Shown here one piece after another: positions 35,001 through 48,128 of a DNA stretch of 64,000 nt. The stretch covers positions 3,782,001-3,846,000 of the forward strand of contig NC_092400.1 of NCBI RefSeq assembly GCF_030028105.1, written 5' to 3'. Source of the stretch: Mobula birostris. Taxonomy: Eukaryota. The position numbers and the translations under genes were made by a program. Below the pieces are notes generated by a model. That model was not told where the DNA came from, searched no databases, and saw nothing but the letters and a program-made list of their open reading frames with translations. Position 1 is the stretch's first letter. Each line of letters starts with the position of its first letter.

Positions 35001-38000
35001 GAGCTGAGAGATAATGTTGCAGCTATATAGGACCCTGGTCAGACCCCACTTGGAGTACTGTGCTCAGTTCTAGTCACCTCACTACAGGAAGGATGTGGAA
35101 ACCATCGAAAGGGTGCTGAGGAGATTTACAAGGATGTGGCCTGGATTGGGGAGCATGCCTTATGAGAATAGTTTGAGTGAATGTGGCCTTTTCCCCTTGC
35201 AGAAAGGGAGGATGAGAGGTGACCTGATAGAGGTGTAGAAGATGATGAGAGGCATTGATTGTGTAGATAGTCAGAGGCTTTTTCCCAGGGTTGAGATGGC
35301 TAACACGAGAGGGCACAGTTTTAAGGTGCTTGGAAGTAGGTACAGAGGAGATGTCAGGAGTAAGTTTTTTACGCAGAGAGTGGTGAGTGCGTGGAATGGG
35401 CTGCCGGCGATGGTGGTGGAGGCGGATACAATAGGGTCTTTTAAGAGACTCCTGGGCAGGTACATGGAGTTAGAAAAATAGAGGCCTACGGGTAACCCTA
35501 GGTAATTTCTAAGCTAAGAACATGTTCGGCACAGCTTTATGGACAGAGGGCCTGTATTGTACTATAGAGTTTCTATGTTTCTAAGTTTCTATGTTTCTAT
35601 GTTCTCTATAGCTGCATCAAAATGTAGTGACCTGGTTAAGACCTCAGAGATATTGACACCCAGGAACTTGAAATTGCCCGTTTTCTCCATTCCTGATACA
35701 TACAGAAATAAACTGAATGGCAGTAATTACATATATGTTTATTAAATAGTTAAATTAAATACGTAGTACAAAAAAAGGAATTAAAAAAGTAATGGGGTAG
35801 TGTTCATAAGTTTAATGTCCATTTAGAAATCAGATGGCAGAGAGAAAGAAGCTGCTCTTGAAGTGTGTGCCTTCAGGCTTCTGTACCTCCTTCCTGACGG
35901 TGACAATGAGAAGAGGGCATGTACTGGGTGGTGAGGATCCTTAATACTGGACAACTCCTTCCTGAGGCAGCTTATGGGACATAAAGGGTAACCAATCCAA
36001 GGAAGTCTGAATACCTGAGAAAAAACAACCCACATACTAACTGAAAAAAAATTTAAACGAGCCCCGGTTGTGATATTATGATTCCAGAACAGTGATGTTG
36101 GGGCCAAAGAGATGGTAATGACTGAAGATCAGTGGATGGAAAGGTCCCAGAGGAAATTTCAAGAGGCAGCATATACCAGCCTTTGATCTGGAAAACTGAT
36201 GAGGGATAGTTTGCATAGTTTTCTACTTGTGAAATTGTGTTGTGATGGAATTTTTGGAGTGGTTATGTTGATGATTGAAAGGAAGGAATGTCATGAAATT
36301 TAGCAAGGCCTTTGACATGGTCCCGCAGACTGAGGAGTGTCCTTACAGAGGTTTATAGAATAATGAGAGGCATAGATAAAATAAACAATCACAGCCGTTT
36401 TCCAAGGCAGAAAAGTCTAAAACTAGAGGTCTAGGTTTAATGTGGGAGTAGAAAAAGATTTAAAAGGAACAACTTGTTCACCCAGAGGCTGCTGGGTATG
36501 TAGAAGGTGCAAAGGAGATGGGAACAATTACAATGTTTCAAAGATAGTTGGAAAGCTTTAGAGGAATCTGGGCCAAGTGCAGGCAGATGGGATAGCATAG
36601 AAAGACAGTGGGTCAGCATGGATGAGTTGGGCCGAAGAGCCTGGCTCAGAGCTGCAAAACCTTTTCGACTCTAGGGACGTGAAAGATGGCTGAATTACGC
36701 TCCTTATTTGAAGATGGTTATTGTCTGACACGTGTGTGTTGTTAATGTTACTCACCAGCTAGTGGTCAGGGACCAGATATTGCTGGATCATATGCAGAGA
36801 GCAAATTATGAACTGAGTATTATTGATGAGTAATTTATAATTATCATGGAAAAGGATAGAATCAAAGAGGACAGGAAAATTTTTAATTGGGGAAAGGCAA
36901 ATTATGAGGCTATAAGTCTAGAACTTGCGGATGTGAATTGGGATGATGTTTTTGCAGGGAAATGTACTATGGACATGTGGTCGATGTTTAGAGATCTCTT
37001 GCGGGATGTAAGGGATAAATTTGTCCCGGTGAGGAAGATAAAGAATGGTAGGGTGAAGGAACCATGGGTGACAAGTGAGGTGGAAAATCTAGTCAGGAGG
37101 AAGAAGGCAGCATACATGTTTTTGCAGGGAAATGTACTATGGACATGTGGTCGATGTTTAGAGATCTCTTGCGGGATGTAAGGGATAAATTTGTCCCGGT
37201 GAGGAAGATAAAGAATGGTAGGGTGAAGGAACCATGGGTGACAAGTGAGGTGGAAAATCTAGTCAGGAGGAAGAAGGCAGCATACATGAGGTTTAGGAAG
37301 CAAGAATCAGATGGCTCTATTAAGGAATATAGGGAAGCAAGAAAGGAGCTTAAGAAGGGGCTGAGAAGAGCAAGAAGGGGGCATGCGAAGGTCTTGGCGA
37401 GTAGGGTAAAGGAAAACCCCAAGGCATTCTTCAATTATGTGAAGAAAAAAAGGATGACAGGGGTGAAGGTAGGACCGATTAGAGATAAAGGTGGGAAGAT
37501 GTGCCTGGAGGCTGTGGAAGTGGGCGAGGTCCTCAATGAGTACTTCTCTTTGGTATTCACCAATGAGAGGGAACTTGATGATGGTAAGGACAATATGAGT
37601 GAGGTTGATGTTCTGGAGCATGCTGATATTAAGGGAGAGGAGGTGTTGGAGTTGTTAAAATACATTAGGACAGATGAGTTCCCGGGGCCTGATGGAATAT
37701 TCCCCAGGCTGCTCCACGAGGCGAGAGAAGAGATTGCTGAGCCTCTGGCTAGGATCTTTATGTCCTCGTTGTCCACGGGAATGGTACCGGAGGATTGGAG
37801 GGAGGTGAATGTTGTTCCCTTGTTCAAAAAAGGTAGTAGGGATAGTCCGGGTAATTAAAGACCAGTGAGCCTTACGTCTGTGGTGGGAAAGCTGTTGGAA
37901 AAGATTCTTAGAGATAGGATCTATAGGCATTTAGAGAATCATGGTCTGATCAGGGACAGTCAGCATGGCTTTGTGAAGGGCAGATCGTGTCTAACAAGCC

Positions 38001-40381
38001 TGATAGAGTTCTTTGAGGAGGTGACCAGGTATATAGATGAGGGTAGTGCAGTGGATGTGATCTATATGGATTTTAGTAAGGCATTTGACAAGGTTCCACA
38101 CGGTAGACTTATTCAGAAAGTTAGAAGGCATGGGATCCAGGGGAGTTTGGCCAGGTGGATTCAGAATTGGCTTGCCTGCAGAAGGCAGAGGGTGGTGGTG
38201 GAGGGAGTACATTCAGATTGGAGGATTGTGACTAGTGGTGTCCAACAAGGATCTGTTCTGGGACCTCTACTTTTCGTGATTTTTATTAACGACCTGGATG
38301 TGGGGGTAGAAGGGTGGGTTGGCAAGTTTGCAGACGACACAAAGATTGGTGGTGTTGTAGATAGTGTAGAGGATTGTCAAAGGTTGCAGAGAGACATTGA
38401 TAGGATGCAGAAGTGGGCTGAGAAGTGGCAGATGGAGTTCAACCCGGAGAAGTGTGAGGTGGTACACTTTGGAAGGACAAACTCCAAGGCAGAGTACAAA
38501 GTAAATGGCAGGATACTTGGTAGTGTGGAGGAGCAGAGGGATCTCGGGGTACATGTCTGAAAGTTGCCTCACAGGTGGATAGGGTAGTTAAGAAAGCTTA
38601 TGGGGTGTTAGCTTTCATAAGTCGAGGGATGGAGGTTAAGAGTCACGAGGTAATGATGCAGCTCTATAAAACTCTGGTTAGGCCACACTTGGAGTATTAT
38701 GTCCAGTTCTGGTCACCTCACTATAAGAAGGATGTGGAAGCATTGGAAAGGGTACAGAGGAGATTTACCAGGATGCTGCCTGGTTTAGAGAGTATGCATT
38801 ATGATCAGAGATTAAGGGAGCTAGGGCTTTACTCTTTGGGGAGAAGGAGGATGAGAGGAGACATGATAGAGGTGTACAAGATAATAAGAGAAATAGATAG
38901 AGTAGATAGCCAGCGCCTCTTCTCCAGGGCACCACTGCTCAATACAAGAGGACATGGCTTTAAGGTAAGGGGTGGGAAGTTCAAGGGGGATATTAGATGA
39001 AGGTTTTTTACTCGGAGAGTGGTTGGTGCGTGGAATGCACTGCCTGAGTCAGTGGTGGAGGCAGATACACTAGTGAAGTTTAAGAGACTACAGGACAGGT
39101 ATATGGAGAAATCTAAGGTGGGGGCTTATATGGGAGGCAGGGTTTGAGGGTCGGCACAACATTGTGGGCCAAAGGGCCTGTACTGTGCTGTACTATTCTA
39201 TGTTCTATGTATAAGTACCGTCTGGTAGCACTGACACAATCAAAAAGCATTTGAAATAGTAGATTGAGTAAATATTTCCTGACATATTTCAATATTCCCA
39301 GATTCCTACAATTTCCCAAATTTAATCAGCTTCAGTTTTGAGTGAATTCATGGCATCCACAGCCCTCTGGCACAGGATCTTCCCCCAGTTTGAACCCTCA
39401 ATGGCTTGCCCTTAATCTGCGCCAGTGACCCCTGGTTCTATTTCCCATCAGTACAGGAAACACCTTCTCCATATCTGTCCTGTGATCCTTGCTGTGGTTT
39501 CAAAATTCACCCACAGAAAATGGATTCAGATGAATAAAAGGAGGAATATTTTTGCATCACTTCACCTCAGCATTTTACAGAATGCAATAGAAATGTTGTG
39601 ACCAGTTTGATTGCAGCAAGATCCTAATGGAACCACGAGCAGATAAAATATCTGAGCTGATATTTGCAGGACAATTCTGATCACATTAAAAGAAGGTTCT
39701 CCCAAGCTCTTTTGTTACATACAATCTCCTCACTAGACAGATGAAAAATACGCTCAGTTTAACAGTCAGGAGAGAGATGGAGTCACTTCTCCCTCAGGAG
39801 CACAGTGGAATATCAGTCTTGCAGTTTGTGTTAATGCCACTGCAGTGGGACTGAAACCTCAGAGTCAGAGGCAAGATCCAAGGCTGCTGCTTGGAGCCAC
39901 TCAGTGGTGAAGGGCTAGGGGGTCACCAGGGACTTTTCTAGAATTCTAGATTCAGCTATGATAGTGGTGTAGATCTTCATAGGATTTGTTATTCTGATGT
40001 CAATGCATGTCTGACATCAGTTTAAAAGCATCCATTGACTCTAGAAATGATGAGGTCATCACAATGAAATTAAAAACCCAAATTACAATTAACCCAAACT
40101 ATTTACAGAACATTAATATAAAGATAAGAATGTTGCACATAATATATAGATGGAAGCTGAAATATCAAAATATATTAAAATATAAAAATATCTTTCATTC
40201 CTTCATAATCCAAAGCAAATATCATTAATATAATGGATTATTTTGAATATGCTTCCTTTCAGGTGGTAATGGTCACTGCGCGAAGTTTGTCTGTGAATGT
40301 GATCGAAATGCGGCCATCTGCTTCTCGAAAGCAAAATACAACCCTGAGAATAAAGGCATCAGTCAATCTCGCTGCAAATAG
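31974..40381 (+). CDS. PLA2G1B: Group I secretory phospholipase A2, copy 2 (whole gene; exons 31974-32007, 32106-32265, 32957-33081, 40263-40381; 145 aa)
   Basis: Splices in frame to [22 protein letters not shown]|[123 protein letters not shown]. 14 Cys; catalytic residues intact. Confidence 0.93.
32106..32265 (+). CDS. PLA2G1B: sPLA2 copy 2 exon 2
   Basis: gtAG|CT GGT...GAC CG|GTAGGT; encodes [11 protein letters not shown]...YGCYCGYGG. Confidence 0.95.
32957..33081 (+). CDS. PLA2G1B: sPLA2 copy 2 exon 3
   Basis: ttacAG|G TGC TGC CAG ACC CAT GAC...GAT A|GTGAGT. Confidence 0.95.
34945..35600 (+). mobile_element. CR1 3' fragment in intron 3 of copy 2
   Basis: Encodes [16 protein letters not shown]...[14 protein letters not shown]; TTTCTATG tail. 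Confidence 0.8.
36834..39211 (+). mobile_element. 5'-truncated CR1 LINE inserted only in intron 3 of copy 2
   Basis: RT with [22 protein letters not shown] and KFADDTK; (TTCTATG) tail. Empty site gatgagtaagtacc in copies 1 and 3. Few stops or frameshifts. Confidence 0.9.
36946..37285 (+). repeat. 170-bp perfect tandem duplication inside the CR1
   Basis: 36946-37115 is repeated at 37116-37285 with ATG microhomology at the junction. Confidence 0.9.
40263..40381 (+). CDS. PLA2G1B: sPLA2 copy 2 exon 4 (119 nt, includes stop)
   Basis: ttcctttcAG|GT GGT AAT...TGC AAA TAG. Confidence 0.93.
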
Positions 40382-42289
40382 GAGGTCGATCTGACCATGT
40401 GGTTATGATTTTTCTTGACTTTATCTAACAAATACTTTCCTTCCAAATTGTGTCATCTGTTTTATTTCCAGGAACTCAAACATCTTTGAACTCCATATTA
40501 ACTATGATACTATAATCAATAATCTGATTTAAATCCAACACTCCCTATCCTGTCTTACATTATTTGTGCCACTCAGAAAGATAAAGCTCTTCATCACTTT
40601 AATCTCTCTCCCAATGAAAGCACATACTGGTTACTTTATAAACCAAAATCTGAAAGTATCATGTCCATTTTGCCGATATTTTCACTAAAATATCAATGCT
40701 GCAGCACGTGGGAATCCAATTGAACAACCAGGAATAAATTTAATTGGGATGATAATCATTCCCTCAACCCAGGCTTTTCTTAAAGCCTCAGCTGTGGAAC
40801 CTGAGGAAAAATCTGTTCACATCAAGGTGATGAAAACTTTGGGATGGCCCACAACAGATGCTCAGTTGGTTCCTTACAGGGCGTCTAAACACAATAACGA
40901 TTGGAAGCTGCACTTGGAAATCCAGTTGTGATTATACTCGGAGATTGTTTGCAATGACGTTGCTGGTGGCACTCATAATATTAAGGTGATGGGCAGGTAT
41001 CTTCTATAATCAATTAAACCTGATTTGAGAGCATTGAAACATGCCTGGCGTCTCACTCTTGTATCACACCACATGTACCACAACGAGGAAAACCAGTCAA
41101 AGCACGGGAAGCACAGGCTGGGACTTCTCCTGGAGTGTTTCCATCCCACAGGCACAACTCAGACAAAACCTTCACCTATTCCATTACCACCCCTCCCCAC
41201 TCCCCACCACCCACCACCCATGTGCTTATAAACAAGTAGAGCATCAAATGAATTTCCAACACTGAACCAGAAGTAAGACGGCGGTGATCACATTAATGAG
41301 GTTGTACTGCAGGTTCAGAATCAGAATCAGGTTAACATCACCGGCATATGTCATAACTTTACGTCAGCAGTACAATGCCATACATGGTCAATAAATATAG
41401 AGAATTAACCTGAGTGGCATTTGGTATCTATATGTCTGTTAAATAGTGAAGGTAAAACAAGTAGTACAAAATACTGTAACAGAAATAACAAAGTAGTGAG
41501 GTAGTGTTCATGGGTTCAATGTCCATTGAGGAATCGGGTGGCAGAGGGGAAGAAGCTGTTCCTGAATCGCTGAGTGTGTGCCTTCAGGCTTCTGTATCTC
41601 CTTCCCGACAGTAACAGCATGAAGAGGGCATGTCCTGGGTGGTGGGGATTCTCAATGATGGATGCTGCCTTCTCTCAAACTAGCGGGCATAGAATTAAGA
41701 CAAGAGGGAAAGTGTTAAAGAGGACCTTAGACATCCCTCAGCAAATGGGGTCAATTGGAAGTGGTCAGGCTGTTTAATGCAATGAGTCTAGCGTCTGCCC
41801 CATTGGAGTAGGTCAAACATTGACATCTTTCCAAATTCCAGGCAGAGTGCCCTGTTCTGAGGTCCCATTCCCTAATTCCCATTAAGCAATTATCAGGTAT
41901 TGCATTGCAAGGTTAACAAATTTCACGACATAGGCCGGTGATACTAAACCTGATTCTGGTTGTGAAGCATCTGATGCCTGTCACCTGGTACTTTCATGGA
42001 AGAGAACAGAAGTAGGTGACTTCGAGAGCATGTGCAAGGATTCACTCCTGTTTTAGCTTCTGACTGCTGTGGAATTGATGGAGTTACAAATACAGGGAGG
42101 GAAAGGGAAAGAGAGAGAGAGGGAGGGAGAGAGATGAAGTGAGAGAGAGAAAGAGAGAGACAGAGAGAAAGAGGGAAGGAGTGAGGGAGAGAGGGAGAGA
42201 GATGAAGAGAAAAAGAAAGAAGGGAAGGAAAGGGTGAGGGAGAAAGATACAGATAGAGAGATGAGAGAAAAGAGAAAAATAGACAGCAG

Positions 42290-44899
42290 GTATTCAAGGC
42301 TCATTTCTTCAGCGGTTTGATCAGAGAATGACTGCGTAGGCGCGTGGACATCAGCCAGTGAAACGGTGAGAAGAGTTTAAAAGGATACAGCTTTACAGAG
42401 CGTGTGACAGAGTAGAGGGAGACAGAGTAGGAAGGCTTTGGCTCAACAGGGCTTCAGCAATAATGGGTCAAGGCAATGTAGGTTGCCTGTGTAGAATACA
42501 GACAGGAAGAATGTGTGTGAACCCGGTGTTCTGTGTTTGGTGTCAGAAGTGGGCAGTCCGGGAGACTCCCAGCCTCCCAGACGGCCACATCTGTGCCAGG
42601 TGCATCGAGCTGCAGCTCCTTAGGGACCGTGTTAGGGAACTGGAGATGCAGCTCGATGACCTCCATCTGGTCAGGGAGAGTGAGGAGGTGATAGAGAGGA
42701 GCTATAGGCAGTTAGTCACACCGGGGCCTTGGGAGACAGACAAGTAGGTAACAGTCAGGAGAGCAAAGGGCAGGAGTCAGAGGCTAGAGAGAACCCCAGT
42801 GGCTGTACCCCTTGACAATAACTACTCCTGTTTGAGTACTGTTGGGGTTAAACTAGTTTAAACTAGTATTGCTGGGGGCATGGGAACCAAACTGAAGAGA
42901 TGAAGGAAGAGGTGGTTGGCTCACAAATAGAGAAAGCTTGGAGACAGTGTGAGAGGGATGACAGACAGGTGATAGAGAATGGACACAATCAGATGGACAG
43001 TTTGAGATGTGTCCATTTTAATGCGAGGGGTATTATGAACAAAGCGGATGAACTAGAGTGTGGATCAGTACTTGGAACTATGATGTTGTGGCTATTTCAG
43101 AGACTTGGATGGTGCAGGGGCAGGAATGGATACCTCAAGTGCCAGGCTTTAGATGTTTCTGAAAGGACAGGGAGGGAGGCAAAAGAGGTGTGGTATTGTT
43201 GATCAGAGATAGTGTCATGGCTGCAGAAAAGGAGGAAGACATGGAGGGATTGTCTACAAGTCTCTGTGGTGGAAGTCAGGAACAGGAAGAGGTCAATAAC
43301 TCTACTGGGTATTTTTTATAGACCACCCAATAGTAAAAGGGAAATCGCAGAGCAGATATGGAGACAGATTCTGGAAAGGTGTAATAACAGGGTTGTCAAG
43401 GCCGGAGATTTTAATTTCCCAAATATCAATTGGCATGTCCCTAGAGCGAGGGGTTTAGATAGGGTGGAGTTTGTTTGGTATATTCAGGAAGGTTTCTTGA
43501 CACAATATGTAGATAAGCCTACAAGAGGCTAGGCTGTACTTAATCTGTATTGGGAAATGAACCTGGTCAGGTGTCAGATCTCTCAGTGGGAGAGCATTTT
43601 GGAGATAGTGATCACAATTCTATCTCCTTTACCATAGCATTGGAGAGGGATAGGACAGACAAGTTAGGAAAGTTTTTAATTGGAGTAAGGGGAAATATGA
43701 GGCCATCAGGTAGGAACTTGGAAGCGTTAATTGGGAACTGATGTTCTCAGGGAAATGTAGGGAAGAAATGTGGCAAATGTTCAGGGGATATTTGCGTGGA
43801 GTTGTGCATAAGTACGTTCCAATGAGCCAGGGGCAGGATAGTAGGGTACAAGAACTGTGGTGTACAAAGGCTGTTGTAAATCTAGTCAAGAAGAAAAGAA
43901 GAGCTCACGAAAGGTTCAAAAAACTAGGTAATGATAGAGATGTAGAAGATTGTAAGTCTAACAGGAAGCAGCTTAATAATGAAATTAGGAGAGCCAGAAG
44001 GTGCCATGAGAAAGCCATAGCGGAGAGGATTAAGGAAAACCCCAGTGGAAAAGTGTGTATGGAACTGGAGGAGATAGCAGAGGTACTTAATGAGTACTTT
44101 GCTTCAGTATTCACTGCGGAAAAGGATCCTGGTGATTGTAGGGAAGACTTACAGTGGACTGAAAAGCTTGAACATGGAGATATTAAGAAAGAAGATGTAC
44201 TGGAGCTTTTGGAAAGCATCAAGTTGGATAAGTCACTGGGACCAGACAAGATGTGCCCCAGGATACTCTGGGAGGTGAGGGAGGAGATTGCTGAGCCTCT
44301 GGCAATGATATTTGCATCATCACTGGGGATGGGAGAGGATCTGGAGGATTGGAGGGCTGCAGATGTTATTCCATTATTCAAGAAAGGGAGTAGAGATAGC
44401 CCAAGAAATTATAGAACAGTGAGTCTCACTTCAGTGGTTGGTAAGTCGATGGAGGAGACCCTGAGAGGCAGGATTTATGAACATGTGGAGGGGCATAATA
44501 TGATTAGGAATAGTCAGCATGGTTTTGTCAAAGGCAGGTCATGTCTTACGAGCCTAATTGAATTTTTTGAGGATGTAATTAAACACCTTGATGAAGGTAG
44601 AGCAGTAGATGCAGTGTATATGGATTTCAGCAAGGCATTTGACAAGGTATCCCGGGCAAGGCTAATTGAGAAACTTAGGATGCATGGGGTCCAAGGGGAC
44701 ATTGCTTTGTGGATCCAGAAACAGCTTGCCCATGGAAGGCAAAGAGTGGTTGTAGACGGATCTTATTCTGCATGAAGGTCGGTGACCAGTGGTGTGCCTC
44801 AGGGATCTGTTTTGGGACCTCTACTCTTCGTGATTTTTATAAGTGACCTGGATGAAGGATTGGAGGGATGGGTCAGTAAATTTGCTGATGACACAAAGG
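42290..44899 (+). mobile_element. CR1 LINE, 3'-truncated within RT, with internal deletion of the ORF1 esterase; inverted paralogue of 22103-25270
   Basis: Same ORF1 zinc finger, APE and RT, ending at KFADDTK next to an N run. About 0.6 kb present at ~24130-24730 is missing at ~42848. Confidence 0.88.
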
Positions 44900-45072
44900 N
44901 NNNNNNNNNNNNNNNNNNNNNNNNNNNNNNNNNNNNNNNNNNNNNNNNNNNNNNNNNNNNNNNNNNNNNNNNNNNNNNNNNNNNNNNNNNNNNNNNNNNN
45001 NNNNNNNNNNNNNNNNNNNNNNNNNNNNNNNNNNNNNNNNNNNNNNNNNNNNNNNNNNNNNNNNNNNNNNNN

Positions 45073-46655
45073 TGTTCATGACTGTCTGCATTTGTGTGTT
45101 TGTGTGCATGTGTGAGAGTATGTTCTTTATGAGTGTGTGTGACTGATCAAAATGGGATTACGGCTGGTCTCACTGATTGAAACATAGACACTGAATACAG
45201 AACGAGACGGGGTGATGGGCTGGAATTGTCACGACACGAACTCTCGATAATTGGTATCACAATATGGCGAGGATGTGGTGATATCTCTGAAAATGAGACG
45301 AGTCACTGTGAGACTTGCCCTGCGAGTTGCATGAGGAGGTTTCAGAACCAGAGATTGGAAAATGATAAAACATGAAGACCATTGAGTTTTGTTTGATTTG
45401 GGGTGCCTGGATGTGTCGGTAGGATTAATAACCTCCAGCATTCCTACAGATTTCAGACGTTAAGATATGTGTCTGAGCCACAGCCATTTTGCATTCTTCT
45501 TTTTCTTTGACGACCTTGTTTCAATTCACTGAAAAGTTAAGCTTTTAACAGTCTTCCATCATGTAGAATGATTCCTGGTGTAAAGCACCTGCTTGACTTT
45601 TGACCTTCTCCCTACATCAAAAGAACACAATTTTTTTTATTAGTCAGTTATCTATACTAATCAATTCAGAGGAATTGATCTGAATTCCATTCCAGTCACG
45701 CACAGCTCCATATAAACAGTTCCCCATACATACTGGATATAAATAAAATGCAAATCCCTCATTCTGCTGAAGAAGATCTAGAATCTCATTCCATGCAAAT
45801 GCACACACCTGCTCAGCTTTATCTCACCGAACATAAATGATTAGTTCTGACCAATAAGAATCGGAATTTGTACTGAAACAACCAAAGTTGAAGCACTGGG
45901 TTTTTTGGCTGACTTGTGAGAAAATGTTGATTTACAATCGGATGAAATGAGGGTGAAGGTGGGAGTTGCCAGGGTGTTGGGTTGGTGTTTGAGGTATTGG
46001 ATTGAACAGGTCATAAGCTATATTTCCTGCTTCATCCCAACTCCTGAGCACAATGTGAACCTCGACCAAATGGGGTCAAACTTATAAGACGAAAATTGTC
46101 ACAGAATGGCAGCTGTAGTGATGATGGAGGCTCATTTTCTGTGCCCTAAAGGTTAAGGAACTTTCAGGTGTGAACGGGAAGAGTCATGGAGGGATGGAGA
46201 GGGAGGTGGTGCTCTTCCTGGGGTTTGGTGACTGTGGTGGTGACCCCATCAATAAAAGAACCCCTCCCACCCTCCTTCCTCCAGCTCCACTTTCCAGAGA
46301 GTGTTTGGGGACAGGTCCAACAAATATCACCCACTGAAACCTAAATTGCCCCCATCTCAGCACGTGCCCGAAACTGACTGATCAAAACTTGACCCTTGCA
46401 ACTTTATTGTCAAATTGAGGGAGGGTATCACAAAGGGGCAGTTTGACAGCCCTGTTGGGGCATAAAGAGACCCACAGGGCACCAGTCTTCACATCAGTTT
46501 AACAGAGCATTAAGCATCCAAATGTGTGACCCCACACACTCCACACCCTAGGACATGGGGAGGCAGAACCAAAACCATGTCAGGAGTGAATGTGATGATA
46601 TCGGGTATACCCATTTTATTGTCCTAAACAAGCCAAGATCTTAAGTCTTGTATGT
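45073..46655 (-). pseudogene. Orphan B-type PLA2 upstream region (gene body missing), head-to-head with copy 3
   Basis: Reverse complement of 20210-21785 and of the copy 2 upstream region. Confidence 0.7.
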
Positions 46656-48128
46656 AGCTATTAAATTTCAAAGTTCAAAGTATATATATGCACTATACAC
46701 AAGCCTGAGATTCATTTTCTTGCGGGCACACTCAGAAAATCCAACAACCACAATAGAATGAATGAGGGACTTCATCAAGTCCTTCGCTCACATCCACTGT
46801 GATGAAGTGTGTTGAGAAGTTGACCATGACATCTGACATATATACTGTACGACGTACGTCCGTGATAATAAATCTGATTCTGATTCAAGAACTACAAAGG
46901 AGCACTGGAAACAACCCAATCATAATGGAGTTGCACCAAAGAAGAGCAATTCATTGCTGACTGTGAGAACCCCGAGAGAGAGTTGTTTCATCTGTCGTCA
47001 CTGAAGACGGCTGTGGTAAGGAAACTGGATTTGCCTCAATGAGCATGGTTTACTCCCAGGTAGACAAGATGGCCGGAGTGGAAACCAAGTAACAACATCT
47101 GTGTCACTGCTAACCTAGTGCAGTCCCATCAGGAACCATAGAGAGTGTAGCCACATGATTCAACCTATTCTCAGTCCCACACGCAGTGTTGGGGCACCAG
47201 ACCTTCCACTAACGATGAATGTTCACTTCGTCCCTCTGATTCTCCACTGCTGATGACGAATGGGGAATACAGCCTGAAGGATCAGGGCAGACCAGGCCAG
47301 GAGAAGACCAGGGAAGTGAAGACATTATGTTGACCAAGGTGGCACAAGGAACAACAGGAGAAATATTCTGATGTGAGACACAACTCTGCTGACACTTGAA
47401 GCAGTCCATCTACGTGATCGGAATGAACTTGCCCATCCTGGATGGGAGAGCTGACTGATGCTCTGGAGCCTATTCAATGTTTCTGATCTGGATCACTGTA
47501 GACTGACACTCTGAGTCCTGATGGACTGGATGTTCCACCATGGAACTTGGTAAATTAATGACTGTGGTTGTGTCACCCCCCTCTCCATTCTTCCCTGTCA
47601 CTTCCCCTCAATACTCACAGAATTACTTCATCTGCAATACACAGAAGGAAATGTGGTTCTTCACTCCCTGTAGTTTCCATTCTATGATGCAGCTTTGGGC
47701 TTCCAAACCTCAGAACGTTCCCTTTCCCTACCCCAACCTACCACTGTATGTTTGACCCTGTTTGGGTGAGGTTCAAAGTTTCTACTCGGGAGCAGGGACA
47801 GACAGCTGAACTTGAAATCTGCCAAGCAACGGTGTCTGGCAACTCATTCACAGCCCGCACATTTGCCTTTTTATTCCATTATAATCCTTTGTTCTCATGG
47901 TGCAGATTATTGCTATCTGACAAACTCAGCAATTCAAATTACATTTTTAGTCAGTGTTCCAGCTCTTAGCAGTTTTATTGCTTATTTGCATGTGATGTGT
48001 AAGAAGTGATCACTAGATCTGTGCATTCGCATTGTACGAGACAAAGACTGCTCCTTACTGTAACTAAGTTAAAATAAGTAGTAGTTTTCCCAGCAAGCTC
48101 TTGCTCCAGAAGAGCAGTCTGAACAGGA

